A stretch of DNA of 64,000 bases from positions 3,117,324 through 3,181,323 of the forward strand of contig BDGG01000001.1 of NCBI GenBank assembly GCA_001949185.1. Direction: 5' to 3'. This DNA comes from Ramazzottius varieornatus (lineage: Eukaryota; Animalia; Tardigrada). A model generated the notes under the pieces. The model saw only the letters and a program-made list of their open reading frames with translations. It did not search any database and was not told the origin of the DNA. The position numbers were made by a program, and so were the translations under genes. How positions within the stretch are numbered: the first letter of the stretch is position 1; every line of letters begins with the position of its first letter. Below, piece by piece: positions 13,424-27,056 of this stretch.

Positions 13424-14697
13424 ATGTCTCGAGCTAATCAGAAGGACCAATGTCGCCTGTGTGGAGAAGCCTACTCATCTCTTCGCTATTCTACAACCTG
13501 CAGCCACTGTCACACCTCCGCCTGCTCGTCCTGCTGTCGACCATCGCCGCTCAACCCCAAGTTTGTGATCTGCATATCCTGTATTCGAGCGCAAAAGAAG
13601 AAAGGCGACGTCGATGACGATCGTCCCAAATGGCTCCGTGAAGCTCAAGATCTTCGAAAGACGCAAGCACCTTCTTCGCAGCCTTCCAACCCTCCTCCCC
13701 ATCCCAGCCAGAACCATGTATCAACGAACAAACCAGTTGATGCATTCGACGACAGGCCGAAATGGCTGCAAGAAGCACAGAAGACGTCGGACAGGAAACA
13801 GACCGTTTTGGCTGAGAATACTTCTTCACCAGCGACATCCGGTCAACCATCTGCGCCTTCCTCCACTGACGCTTTGGAAGCTCGAATGAAGAAGCTGAAA
13901 GAAGATGTCGCGATAATTAGACCCACGAACACAGAAGATGAACTTGTAGCTAGAATGGCTCGTTTACGAGATCAACATCCAGCAGGTAAGAGCAGTTAAC
14001 ATCGTAATAGTAAGAAAACCCACATCAGCTGGCGCAAACGTTATGCGTTCAAACAGGAGAACACCGCTGAGAGTGTGACGTCGTGCGCGGTCTAGCTTCT
14101 GGGTCTACTGATTGCACTTTGACCACGTCACGTATGTCTTCTCGTCATACTGTAACAGTTTTTGACATTGTTACGGTTCTTGCAGATTATGCTGCTTGCC
14201 GACAGCCTGATCACTCCATCCTTCGACCATTACCTGTTCGAACCGAAGCAGACGAAATTGAAAGCTTGATAACGCAGATGAAAGAACGTGCGACGTTGGA
14301 TGGCGGTGACGAAGACGTCATCGAAGAGCTTGAACGACGGTTGAACAGGCTCAAGAAAGAAACTGCCGCTCTGGGGATTTCTAATTCTGCCATCAAGCCC
14401 AACGAAGACAGAATCAAGAAGAAAGTCATCGGTAATGAAAGTCCGATGGAAGTGGACAGCGATGAAGAAGCCGAGCGGGTGGTGAAGATGCTGACGGCCA
14501 AACTACCGGATATGGACGAGATCGTGGACGACAGCGACGAATGGTTCTGCGTAATTTGTCCGGAAGACCCAGTGTTGAAGTGCATTGACTGTGATAACGA
14601 CAAGTACTGCATGCGGTGTTTCCGAGAATGCCATCGGGACTGGGCTGCGGAAGACCATAGGACCAAGCAGCTGCCGAAAAGACGTTCCCAGTTTTAG
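13424..14697 (+). CDS. ZFYVE19: Abscission/NoCut checkpoint regulator (FYVE-like + B-box)
   Basis: N-terminal FYVE-like finger (CRLC..CSHC...CSSC..CISC), central LEARMKKLK/ELVARMARLR helices, C-terminal WFCVICPEDPVLKCIDCDNDKYCMRCFRECH typical of ZFYVE19. One intron 13986-14185. Confidence 0.85.
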
Positions 14698-15127
14698 CAG
14701 ATTTCTTTTTCGTTTGTCTGATCGTAATTTATTCGTGCGGGGTTTTGCTTTCGTTTCGATTTTCCCTCTAGGTTAAGTTCGGATGGAAAAGCTCTTTCTT
14801 CAGTAGCGAAGTGTTTATATTTTCTTCCTACCGTGACATTTTGCTCAAAAGCGGGAAAACAGCATCGAGACAAATTCGAAATGAACTGTCCAACGAAAGC
14901 AGAAAGAGCATCTAACAACAAAATATCCGTAACTATTTTCTCTGTAAGAAAAGCCTTTGAACAGACTTTAGCCTCTCCATATTTCGCTCTTCTCTACAAA
15001 ACGTACTGTATGTGCTTAGTGCTATGATGAGAAAACCAGTTAACGTGGAAAAATCGAAGCAAAAAACTAAAACCATCTTTCCATGTATTTTTATACAAAG
15101 CCAGAAGAAGTGAAAGCAGAACATTCG

Positions 15128-17621
15128 CTATAGTCGCTTGGCCGGTTCTTTCGTCAAGTCCAACTTGTTCCCGCATTTCGGGCAAACCTTCTGCGTCTTG
15201 ACACATTCAAAACATTCAACCCGATGGTCGCACTGCAGAACGGCCTTCACTTTGCCTTTCTTGCACTGCTGGCAGATCGCAGCGACAGTGCTACCGTTGC
15301 TGTGCGAAGAACCCATTGTGGCCGAACTTTCGCTCGTGTTGGTACGAAGTCGCTGCGACGGAATGGGCTCGTTTTTCTTGCATTCCACCTACAAGAAACA
15401 AGTCTCACATTCCCTATCCGTAAGTCGTCCAGACAACCAGTTCGGATATTCCTCCGTTCTTACCTGTCTGCCGCAAATGTTTATACTTCTAGCAGTGCAG
15501 ATTTTCATGGCTTCCGCCTCATTGGCAAAACTCACAAACGCAAAAGTACCATTCGGGTTCACCTGAATCCGCTTAACCTGAAAGATAGGAATCATATGGA
15601 TTAGACCACTGGAATACGTTACAGTGATACTGTAGAAGGTCCAAAGGGATGTGAACCGGAAGTTGCTTACCCGTCCAAAAACAGTGATCGCCTTCTCGAT
15701 GTCCTCATCGGAGGCGTTCGAAGGAATGCCGCCGATAAAAACCTGGTATTCCGTATTGTTGACAAAGTGGCTGGATCGACTGACCAAGCCATGAGAAGAA
15801 ATCAAATTGTGGATATCGTGCGACTTGGGCTAAAAGAAGAAAATCGACATTATGAAAGTACGATACGAAAATCCACAGATTTCCAGGGGATATCATACCT
15901 CAAACTGCTTCGCTTCGATCTGACATCCATCGACATGATGGTACTTCTTCTTGATAGCCGATACGGCGGACGAAGCATCGTCAAAGTCGACAATGCCCGC
16001 CGTCTTGGAGGCGCCATTGGGATAACGAAATATCTTCGTCTTGGAAACTTTACCAAACTGAGAAAAATATCTTTCTAATACTGACTCGTCCATTTTGTAG
16101 TTGAGAGGAAAAACATAGATGATTCTGCAAAGACAAACGCGAATACGACGCTGACTTCCGGTCAATATGCCACAATGGTTTATTCTTACTTCGCCAAATG
16201 CGGCTTCATCTGGCTAATCGACAACGGAGTTTCCGAGATAGAGATGGAACCATGGCGCAGAAACGCCGGGTTTGTAGTGGGTGAAGATGCTGCGGCCGTC
16301 GAGTCGCTGTTCTTGCGAGTGGCAGTGTTCTGTTGAAGAAGAGCTTCTGGCGCTGGAGGTAGCTGCGCGATGGCCGCGAACGACGGCTTCGGACTGGTGG
16401 CAAAGGCCGTGAACAAATCTGAATTAACTACCCCCGGGCTACCGGTGGAGGCTGGCCAGGTCGAAGATGACGAAGATGGCCTACAAAGGCAAAACAAGAC
16501 ATCCGGTAATGATTTAATCACGCTTTGACATATTCAAAATATAAGAATTGACAGGCTATTCGGACACACTGAGAAACCCAACTGACGTTACGGACTGCAA
16601 CGAACGGCGTGCCAAATATAAAACTTTCAGGAAATATTGAACACCGATTTTTTTTCTCCGCCTAACTGCATTCCATCAAGACGGTGCTTCCTGCTTACCA
16701 GTAAGAAGATTGCGGAGTGTGAGGTGTACTACCAAAGCTCCCAGAAGAGAAAACAGAGGAAACGGAGCCGTTTGTCAAGCGGTTGTCGGGGAAAGTCGAC
16801 GAAGAAGATCCAAAACCATTATCGAGAGTACTTTCCGTTAGCAGCTCAGAGACAGACGCCAGAGGATCGTACGAATTACGATCGTACATATCGCTCATCA
16901 TGGAACTGTTGGAGAATCCACCACCACTGGTGCCCATAATGTCGCCAGTGGAGGAAAAGTTGAACGGCGATCCGTTGGACGAGCGTTCGCTGGAGGAATT
17001 CGAAGCCAACAAAATGCTGCCGCCATTATTCAAACCATTCATCGCGGAGTCCAGACTTGATTTTATCGAACACTTGCGAAGTGAACCTTGATCCCACACT
17101 TGTCCTCTGCAAATAAAGAGAAAAAGCACATATACCATGCCTGGAAACAGTCCATACCGATGAAAAAACACGGTCAAAACCCACACTGGACGCAAAACTA
17201 GTCATCCATCATGCACCTGCTTATAGCTAGCATGAAGTTCGCCGAGCGAGCCTGTGTGCATGTGCGCGATGTCACGAAATTTGTTCAGAAATATGCAATC
17301 ATGGCAAATCAATCGATCAAGCATAGCGGCTTAATGAAAACCAATTAAGAACATCCGTAACTTACCCGTCGAAAATCATCCCTTCGCAAGTATCCAAAAC
17401 TGCTCTCATCCGATTCTGCAAAAACGAGAAGAACGATTAGGGAAAGGTTGCCAATCGATAAAACTAGCCTACAACCTTACAATATTGGTACGAAGCGTAT
17501 CAAAATCATCCGCCGTCACAGCAAAAGTGGTGGCTTTCTGGAAATTATGCTCCCATTTATCCTTGTTCCACAGTAATTCCTTCACATGGCTTTCGAAGGA
17601 AATCTTGGCCGAGGTAGCCAT
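15128..17621 (-). CDS. RNA-binding protein with two RRMs and a C-terminal C3HC4 RING finger
   Basis: Exons join in frame from ATG 17621 (17621-17481, 17415-17366, then from 17106). Ser-rich disordered middle; RRM1 (IIYVFPL...YFSQFGKV...KTAGIVDF), RRM2 (VFIGGIP...VFGRVKRIQV..FAFVSF), RING CQQC-x10-CDH-x3-CFEC-x6-CPKC. Confidence 0.75.
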
Positions 17622-17654
17622 CGTGCTAACCAGCTGGGAATCAATCACAAACAC

Positions 17655-17677
17655 ACTCTCTCTCTCTCTCTCTCTCT
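17655..17677. repeat. (CT)n microsatellite upstream of the RRM-RING start
   Basis: Uninterrupted ctctct... run, read directly. Confidence 0.9.
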
Positions 17678-18407
17678 TGGTCCAAAGAATCTGTATTCAC
17701 ACCTTCACAAGCTTGCAGGATAAAGCAGATCCCTACGCGCTCACGCCATTCCCCTTCGAACAGTGGCGATATCCTCTTTCATCTGTGGACGCACCTACAA
17801 AACAAGATTACAACAGACGGAGAAAGTCTCAGTTTCAAGAAACGACTGACCCGCGCAATCAAATTCTGATGTCAGCGCGCAAAACGGCTCGGAAGTTTTT
17901 GTCTGAATTGTCTCTGAAGAGAAAAAGATTCACCAGCAGACAGCAGGTAAACAATGCAATGTGCCTAATGGATCATAGAAGCCAGAAACCAGCGTAATAC
18001 GTCATCGCAACGCTGAAAATCTGTCGAGAAACGCCTGGTTTCTGTTCCTACTAGCCTGACTAACCAGGTCGTCTGATCAGCTGGGAAAATTAGCGCATCG
18101 TCTCAAAACAAGAATCGATTCCTCCTCGTCCTCCAGTGTTCGTGATGGAACTTAAAAGCCTGAATCTAGAGGAACTTCTGGTCATTAAGCCCGCATATGA
18201 ATTGAGCAAGCCTGTTGACTGGAGCTTAATCAGACTCAAAAACAGAAACCAAACCTGCCGCACGGAATGTCCACTCTGTATTGCGGCGCGTGATGCAAAG
18301 AGAACGGCACAACCCTGAATGGGAATCCGTCAGTCACAACCGTTGTTTCAACTCTAATGATCTGCCATCAATCAATCGAGTGGAAACAATGGATGGAGGC
18401 AAGGACG

Positions 18408-18947
18408 NNNNNNNNNNNNNNNNNNNNNNNNNNNNNNNNNNNNNNNNNNNNNNNNNNNNNNNNNNNNNNNNNNNNNNNNNNNNNNNNNNNNNNNNNNNNN
18501 NNNNNNNNNNNNNNNNNNNNNNNNNNNNNNNNNNNNNNNNNNNNNNNNNNNNNNNNNNNNNNNNNNNNNNNNNNNNNNNNNNNNNNNNNNNNNNNNNNNN
18601 NNNNNNNNNNNNNNNNNNNNNNNNNNNNNNNNNNNNNNNNNNNNNNNNNNNNNNNNNNNNNNNNNNNNNNNNNNNNNNNNNNNNNNNNNNNNNNNNNNNN
18701 NNNNNNNNNNNNNNNNNNNNNNNNNNNNNNNNNNNNNNNNNNNNNNNNNNNNNNNNNNNNNNNNNNNNNNNNNNNNNNNNNNNNNNNNNNNNNNNNNNNN
18801 NNNNNNNNNNNNNNNNNNNNNNNNNNNNNNNNNNNNNNNNNNNNNNNNNNNNNNNNNNNNNNNNNNNNNNNNNNNNNNNNNNNNNNNNNNNNNNNNNNNN
18901 NNNNNNNNNNNNNNNNNNNNNNNNNNNNNNNNNNNNNNNNNNNNNNN
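18408..18947. other. Assembly gap (N run)
   Basis: 540 consecutive Ns. Confidence 1.
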
Positions 18948-19534
18948 TGTCTGTCAGGCCCGTGCCCGGCACGGATAGTCGATGAGAACTTCGTAGGAGA
19001 AGGGCCAAATTGCGGACCTTTTGGGGACCTCGATACGTCCTTGGATGGAGGAGCGCAGGTGCATGTCGCCGAATGCTCACGTTGGTTGCCTCTACCGTAG
19101 TATAGAAGAAACCTGCAGACGATGCGCTGAGTGCGCACAAAACAGTGCCAAAATGGCAGCTTTCAAAAACCTCACGGCCAAACGGTGACAACTTTTTGGC
19201 TTTCCTGCCCACCAAGTATTTCAGTTTGTTTACCAAGCTATACTAACGTGACACCCCCAGTAACACGACACTTCTTTAACTTGACAAACAGAAGAAATAA
19301 GAAGCATGAAGGAATCCAGGTATTTGAGAGGAAAGTCGTTGGAAATCGACAAGCTGCACTGCCAATCGAATGATTGACCTCATCGGATATTAAAGACACG
19401 ATAAGAAACTTGAAACACGATTTTGAGAGTTAGCTGCTGCAAAGCCAAGCAGGGATTATCTAGATACTGTTGTACTACTCCATGACAAACTGCAAGCGCC
19501 ATTACAAAAATACCAGGTCGTTGTAAAGGAGAGT

Positions 19535-20774
19535 TTAAAAAAGAGACTTGATCTTGTCCGTCAGGCTCTTCTTCTCTTTGTGCTCCTCATGAGTGACTTC
19601 AGTATGCTGTGAAACGGTGGTTCCTCCAGTGACAGTGGTACCTGCAAAACAAAAGTAAAAACTCTGTCAAAACAGCTGGAAGCCGGCAAACGAAACGTGC
19701 AAGGTCGTCGTCCCAAGTGGCGCACTGTATCTATGTTATTGGCTATGACTCGTGCGCCGCTCAACATAACGCCCTGGTACGTTTTGTGTACCAGCCTCCT
19801 AGTTCTCCAATCATGACAAAGAAGATCGCCATGCTTACCAGCTGCAGTCTCCATCTGGACCTGAACATTGGTCTGCAACTTTGACTGCTCCAGCGCGTTC
19901 ATGGCCAGTTCGCGCTCGTGTTCGAGTTCCTTCTTGGCGTACTTGGCTTCCAAGTCCACTTCTCGCTTCTGCTTGTCGATGGCTGATTCCACCACCTCCT
20001 TACGGAACTCGACATCACGAGCATGCTGTTGCTCCAAGGCTTTGCGGATTCTTTCGGCCTCTGCTTCAGCTTCTTTGCGGTAATGCTCGGTCTTCTTTTC
20101 CAGATCCTGTAAATTCAGAGAAGGAGCGTTATCATCAATCAACTCAATCCCAATTTACATTACCACACAAGTCCATGTGCCGGCACCATGTGGGCAAAAT
20201 GAAATCAGCCCCAGGGCTGTGCCAAACTGTCCGAATAAATTTTATCGATCTTTCGGGAAAGTCATATCCACGTCGCTGAAGCCACGTGTTTTCATACAAC
20301 GTCAATCGTCTCACATGACAATATTTGATCACACAGGCAAACAAAATGCCGTCAGCCAAGATTAACCTTCCAAGCCAGTTTAAACGCCTTTCCACAATGA
20401 CTCGAGGCTTCGCTTACCTTCTCGTGAGCTCGGGCGATGGCCTCCTGTTCGCGTTGGTATCGGGCTTGGTCCTCAGCACTCTTTTGCCGCATTTCAGGAG
20501 TCTCGGCCACGGCCACATCGACGGAAGCGCCCGAGATCCTGGCGGCGGAAGCAGAGAAGCCCTGACCAACTATTTGGTCGGCTAGGCCAGCAGCTCCGGT
20601 CGAGATGATGGGAGGGGGTGCCGTGATGACGGGAGCTGAGACTTCCGTGTGGGTGTAGCTGCTGGACTGGGTCTGCTGCTCGGTGTGGTGAGCTGATGAG
20701 GCATGGTGGGCTGCAGAGGAGTCGCCTCCTTGCTGCTGGGTAATGACCGTCTTCTCGAAGTGTTGTTGCTCCAT
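19535..20774 (-). CDS. CAHS: Cytoplasmic abundant heat-soluble protein (tardigrade CAHS), 243 aa, 3 exons
   Basis: Exons 20774-20418, 20106-19839, 19641-19535 total 732 nt, in frame. Hallmark CAHS motifs: [43 protein letters not shown]; [68 protein letters not shown]; [22 protein letters not shown]; C-terminus [12 protein letters not shown]. Confidence 0.97.
19682..19790. repeat. Palindromic intronic element, copy in CAHS intron 2
   Basis: CCCAAGTGGCGCA-28 nt-TGCGCCGCT; loop reads AGCCAATAACA on the minus strand. Confidence 0.75.
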
Positions 20775-21769
20775 CTTTTGCCTAAAGAAGAATGTAATAT
20801 CTGATCAGGAGGAATCGGAAGTTCGACAAGAACGGGATATGAGTGATCGAGGGAGGAAACGTCTAGCGCCGCAGGAAACTTGAAACTGACGGCTTTTTGG
20901 AGATGGCTCTGATCTTGAAGGTGGAGCTACACTTCCAGGGTATTTTCCACCTCGCGTGTACCGTCACGGATCACAACCAACGTGCAGATTTGTTCACGAC
21001 TAGTTTGGTGGTAGCAGTTGACCAGCTCAAAACTGCAGTGGCAAGGAAACCGGTGCAATCAGCTCAAACGGAGAGCTTACGGCTCATCCCTGTCCCGAAA
21101 GATCCAGCCCTTTTCGGCACGTCATCGTTTGGCAATGCATGGGCTCATTCAGGTACAAGCTGTGATTCATTGACCTGTATGACTATAACACAGGGCGCCA
21201 CCTTCCCATTGTCTTGTCATCCTCCTCATTTCCATATTTCCGGTAATTGTCTGGTCATCTGTTTTGCAGATCGGTGCTGTAACCCTCGGATAGACTTTTC
21301 ACGATACTTGAGGCTTCAAATTCTATCGAGAAGTGGACTGTTAGCTACTGTATATACTACGTCTGCGGACCACAAGAGAAACCTCGCGATAGATTCAAAG
21401 AGAACTTCGTATTTTCAAGCGCCCCAGGCAAATCAGAAAGACCTTCCGGGAAGAAACGTCGGGTTCAAACCTCGGGAGGTTTTCGACGACTAATCTTCTA
21501 ATAGTAGTTACAATGCACTACATTACAGCGTGAAGTACATCATCTTTTGTGGGGACGACTTGGATCTGCTGTATGGCGGACTGTCAGCTGGCTCCTCAGG
21601 GGAGTTCCTTCCGTTCAAGGGCGCGGTTTGCATAAGTGAGCACATCCATCAGTCAGCCTTCGTTCTTCACAACGAACTTGTCCTGATAGTGGTCCACCAT
21701 TCTAATATGAAAAACACCTACCGTCGTACACAAAGGAAAAACAATTTCAAGCTTGTACATACTACTATT

Positions 21770-24339
21770 CTACTCACGTCTGATGGGTCGTAGAGTGAAG
21801 ATGACACAAAAAATACAGAAGGCTCCGACGAAAGCTGCCCCGCTGGCGAAGAACGTCACGCTGTAGTCTCCCGTTTTCGCATACAGCGCACCTAGAACAA
21901 GGAAGTTGAATCGTCAGATACGGAAAGGTTTATCTTGAGCAAGCAGAAACGCTGATATACCTCCAATCGGTGGGCCAATCATGGCGGCGACCCCTCTGAC
22001 CAGCTGTGACTGTCCGAAGGCGCTCGGTAACTGATCCAGCGGTATCCTTCTCGTCAGAATGATCGACATCAGGGAAATATACGGCGCTGCAATATCAAAA
22101 GACTCAAGTCAGATTTTCTGGGCAACACAGGAGGTATTTGATCGACTTACAAACAAAGAACCCGAAGATGGCGCAAACAACCATCAGGGATATATAATCT
22201 TGACATAGTGGAATGAAGACCAGCACTATCCCAACTATGAGAATGCAACAGTTATGGATGACAAGAGGATCCATGCGAGGTCGATCCGCCAACCATCCCC
22301 AAAACAGACGGCCAAATATGTTGGCCAGTCCGATGCCGGAAATCAGCCAGGCTGCAGTGTCCTTCTCGATCTGGAATTCTTTCACCGCATGATCCGGCAC
22401 AAAGAGAAACGGAATATAGAACGCTATCATCGCCAAGAAGCTACCAATACTAAAAACCGCAAAAACTACGTTTCCGTATATCCGAAGGTCAATCATGTCT
22501 TTCAAGGCTTGACGGAGCTGAGGAGACAGTCGTCGTTTCTTTGGTGTAGTGATGGAAGTACCCTGCAGTTCGTCGCGCCGCAGATTGTTCGAGTGGAATT
22601 TCTGCAGGTCCGCGTCGGCTTTCTCTTCCTGGTCCAGATGTTTCAAGCTCCCGTGTACGTGCACATCTTTACGGTCCAGAGGTGCAGCCACTTCCTTGTG
22701 CGATTGTACACCTGCAACCGCCGAAGCATCTTTTAGGTCGGCAGTAGAAAGAACTTGGTTGTACACTCCTGAATGGGATTCATGCTGAACACGTCCTGGG
22801 CAAGAATATAAAAAACACAATTTGCGGACACCGCGCATACGGTTGAGCAACCTGACAATCCGACATTCTTATCAGACATTCACAAAATCGGATAAGAAAG
22901 CACGACCCAAGCAAATAGCCTCGACAACATAGTTTCTCCAAGTGGAGCATATTCGCAGCCAATATCGATGGAAGACTGCGCCACTTGGAGAAACGATCAT
23001 TTCGGGTTTGTTTGCCGAGCACTTAGCTTATGATGCTTGGCGATGGCTCTCACCTCCTTCCACGGTCTGAATCACTAAGCCATGCTCGGCTGAGTACTTC
23101 CGGGACTTGACGACGTCAACTCGGTAAGCTGAAACTCCAGAAGCGTCCTTGCCTCGATCCGATTGCCCACCAGGCGGCACCTTCAGTATGCCACTTCGCT
23201 GTTTGGGAGTTCCGGGCTGATCTATCGTGATGGTCTTGACTACATCCACCACGTCGACGACTAGCGTAAGCATGGAAGACCCCGCCACGCAAACCTGCAG
23301 GATGAATCCGGCGAGGAACAGCATGGAACCCTGCCAGCCAAAACGGTCCATGACGGTCTGCGTGAGTGGCGGAAATGTGAAGGCACCCACTCCGGAGCCA
23401 CAGACGCAGATACCCACGGCCATGGCCCGCTTCTTGTCGAAGTAGTAGCATACACAGAGAATAGCAGGGGTGTAGATCAGTCCAAAACCGATGCCTAAAT
23501 AACAGAGACCTTTTATGAGAACCCATAATTTCCACCGATGAGCGTTTATTATTAGTCAACAAACATAATTTACCTCCAAGAACCCCGAAGGAGAGGTTCA
23601 AATACAGAATACTGTTCGCGAACATGGTGATAATGAACGCAACACAGGCGATGATAGCTCCGGATAATATGATGACGCGGAAACCGAAGGCATTGGTCAA
23701 CGCTGAAGATATGGGACCTACGTACACAATTGGAAAATTTTGAGAAACATGTACTTGGCCGGAAGGCTGACGAGACCCGGGGTTGTATGAATGAAATAAG
23801 GTACCCATGAGAAGGTAGACCCCGTTAAGCAACGATGGAATAAGAGAGATGGTGGACTCGTCGGCGTCCGGGAATTCGGCTTTCCATGCCATGACATACT
23901 GGGATCCCGAGTAAGCAATTCCATCGACAATGAAGTTGCAGAAAAACGACGCGGCCACAATGACCTGCTCAGTTACCACTGTCACGAGTGCGGTACAGAA
24001 ATTCACCTTGAGATACCTTGAGATACCTTGGTTAGAACATTTCGATAAACAAACTTACCCACCCATAGCCGCCATCCGGCGCTTTCGGGACGACGTTGAC
24101 ATCTCCTGCAAATACAAAGATATCCTCACTCCAAGACGTGCTTGTGTAAATGTGGAGGCCAGCCCTGACATCCAAAGATTTATAATTAAATGTCAGAGAA
24201 GATGACTGGTGTCGGTCCCGAAGAGCGTACCTGAGTCGTGCAGAAGATTCGTTTCCTCCGGACCGGAAGTCTGCGGTTTGGGCACTGATGCCATCTTCCC
24301 CTCTCTCGCAAGATCAGACTTCCCTCGCGACATTTTCAT
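21770..24339 (-). CDS. SLC16 monocarboxylate transporter (MFS), paralogue A
   Basis: N-terminal signature APDGGYGW (exon 24105-24059), YFDKKRAMAVGICVCGSGVG, GRLFWGWLADR, LPSAFGQSQLVRGVAAMIGPP; multi-TM MFS layout. Start could be 24339, 24333 or later; a further 3' exon below 21720 is possible. Confidence 0.9.
22905..23020. repeat. Palindromic intronic element, copy in MCT-A intron
   Basis: GTTTCTCCAAGTGGAGCA-27 nt-TGCGCCACTTGGAGAAAC. Confidence 0.85.
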
Positions 24340-24673
24340 AATGATCTCAGCCGATCGCATGAAAGAAGGAGGAAGCGTAAATATCTTCTGGCTTGTGAGA
24401 TTCGAAACTGTCGATTCGAAAGAATCGAAATGAGTGTGGGGCCGTCCAGTGTGTTCAATCACTGCAATCAACGCCCTGTCATGGCTTCGTTTGTGGATTC
24501 GCAAATACGTCATACGCCAACTCTCTAATTGCTATTGTGTGTCATTAATTTTGTTCAAGTGTCCGGAATGATCACACTTCTCTCCGAGGTCGTTTGTACA
24601 GCGTTGTCATTGACAAAGAAGCTTCTAAGCGTTTGGACAACAAAATCATCTTTGTACGTTGATAAGACAAGAA

Positions 24674-25638
24674 CTAAACAGAGGTATAGGGAATGAAATT
24701 TGGTCCAGAAGGGTAATAGACCGTGGTGATGATATTCGCGGGGACCTCTGTGGCTTTGACCACCTTTTTGCTTTCTTCCGTCGAGGGATACCGGAAAAAC
24801 TCGAACACGTAAAAGAATGTCGCGATCCATAACAATATCCCACCGGCAATGGCAAGCCAATAGGACCAGAAAAAATCTTGATGGCGTGCTCCGAAAATCC
24901 AGTCGCGGTTCCGGTTATCATAACCTAGGTCGTCGATCCGTCCGCCGAAGATAATGAGAGCGATGGATATGCTCAACGCTGAAAAACCGTACTAATTAGC
25001 AATGACGGCGAACTTGAGGCTTCAAGGTAGACATACCTGCTAAGAAGGAAATGGTGAACAAGACGGCGAGTACAGCCCTGTTGACAGTGAAAAAGCAACC
25101 GAGAATAAACAGATGAAGGAGGAATGCGACGGCGGCGAGTATCAGGCCGATTGTGTAGAGCACTTGAGTGGCAACAAAAAATGCTGAAACCGCAAAGCAC
25201 AAGCAAATTAACATAAATTTTGTTTGCAAACTTTAGAGGTGTCTCTACTCAAATAACTAATCTGCCATCATACCTGGTAACCGGATATCGGACTTGAATG
25301 AAAGAACAAAGGTGCGACATGTGACTTGATACCTCCAATATGGATCAGGTCTCACCTAAACAAGAAGTCAGATAAAGGATTATACAAAAGGCGAGTGGCG
25401 AGTGGCGGAAAAGCGAGTGACGGGTATGAGATACCGGATACGTTCGATAGCACAGCATCCATAATCCCAACGAATCGAATGGTAACTGGAACTGCGTTAC
25501 GTAAGATCCAACGTAGGAAGGGTGACTCCTATACCAGTACGGAGTAGCGAAAGCCACACAGATAGCGATAAGGCCCGCCGTGAGAATCACGCCCGTCAAA
25601 TCCAGGAAAAGACTCACGTAACCCTTCCGACGGCACAT
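24674..25638 (-). CDS. Claudin-like (PMP22/claudin family) septate-junction-type protein
   Basis: IAICVAFATPYW...FDSLGLWMLC motif (W-GLW-C), FFVATQVL, and WSYWLAIAGG before TM4; four TMs over several exons. Confidence 0.85.
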
Positions 25639-27056
25639 TTTGCATCAGGTTTCTTGTCGGGTTCCTCGTTCGGGTCTCGGTTATCTTCTACGGATCCATT
25701 GCATCCGTAAATCCCGCAGTATTCCTCGATTCATCTTAGAGCATAAGAACTTTTTCGCCTGCAGTATGTAGCATAATGCATTATGAATGACAATCGTAAT
25801 GCGTAGTACTCTAGCATCAAGTTTTCAGTACATATGTAGGCCGCGTACCTTGGTGAGTGAATGGCAAGTTTCGATCGGCGATCGTTATAACGCTTGTCGT
25901 GCAAGACCTAAAAAACACAGTTTCCACGCTGCGGGCTGCATTGCATTGCAAGCAAGCTTACATAAGTTGTACCTGGTATCATTCATCGTCTTCACTGCCG
26001 GAAACATGTACCGATCAGCTCGAGCAATAGTGCAGTTACATAGTCCATTATTTTGGGCGTGAATCCAGGTCCCGGCTTCTCCTGGCGCACATCGACGCCA
26101 TGCGAGTGCTCATGATGCACGATATCTCTCCGTCCATGAAAGATTTCTCGCGATCCTTGGATCTTCGGACCTGTACTGATAAGCACAATGGAGAACTCAG
26201 AACATCACCTTAGAACAAGAGATCGATTTCTGAGCGCGCAACTCTTACATTTCACTTGTCGCAACTTTGCGATCTTGCAAACAATTCCTAGTTGGCCCCT
26301 GGCGCCCGGGGGGGGGGGGTGCGGTTATAGGTCAGGCCAGTAAGAAATCGTCCCAGTTCCCAAAAATCCACCAAGTTCCGACTTCCGATATAAAACAGTC
26401 TGGAATTTCTGTTTTCCTCTGGTTACTACAAGGATCTTCGTCGTTAGACACCTGATGCTTATAACGGAACCTGCATAGTGGGATTACCAGCGTCTGGAGA
26501 CTGCAGCTCTTGGGCTGAGCGTGCAGGGATATCTGGACATGTTCACCGTGTTGTATTCCAGCAATCCTCCATCGCGCTCTCTGGTATGCCATGTAATAAG
26601 GCTACCTTTCGCCTCATTCCTTCCAGCCGCTTTATTGCTGACAATCCGTTGCGATCCTGAGTCATGCAGTGTTGGTATGCTGTTCATAGGTGTTAGATGA
26701 CTAACGATGGAGTCCAATCGATGGAACTGAAGCGCTGAATGACTCAACGTGCTCATCATCCTCAGTGTGAAGGTGACTCGGGTGATAATTGCTTCAGGTG
26801 CAGCTGGGACAGAAAAGAAAGACTGTCTGCTGTCCGTAAACTCATCTAAAGAAAGCGTTGAGCTCGCAGCATTTCGCAGTTCTCGTCACAGAAAGGTATG
26901 CTGGATGGTGATGCTCGAAGTAGTGTTTGACATTATACAGTTGTACATCTGGTGATTAGGTGGAGCTGAAGGACAACCTGAGTTATCGTTGGATGGGGAA
27001 GACGATTACTCCGCTCGCTAGATGCTGATCGACTGACACTTCACCACCAGTAGAAC

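Noticed and set aside
12186-13450. Short ORFs upstream of ZFYVE19, including 12959-13450 (-)
   Set aside because: No recognisable motif and no convincing start or splice model; a small gene cannot be excluded.
14020-14110. Possible further copy of the palindromic element in the ZFYVE19 intron (CAGCTGGCGCA)
   Set aside because: Right arm and loop too degraded to count.
18281-19236. Long ORFs spanning the N run
   Set aside because: Artefacts of translating through the assembly gap; flanking peptides are unrecognisable.
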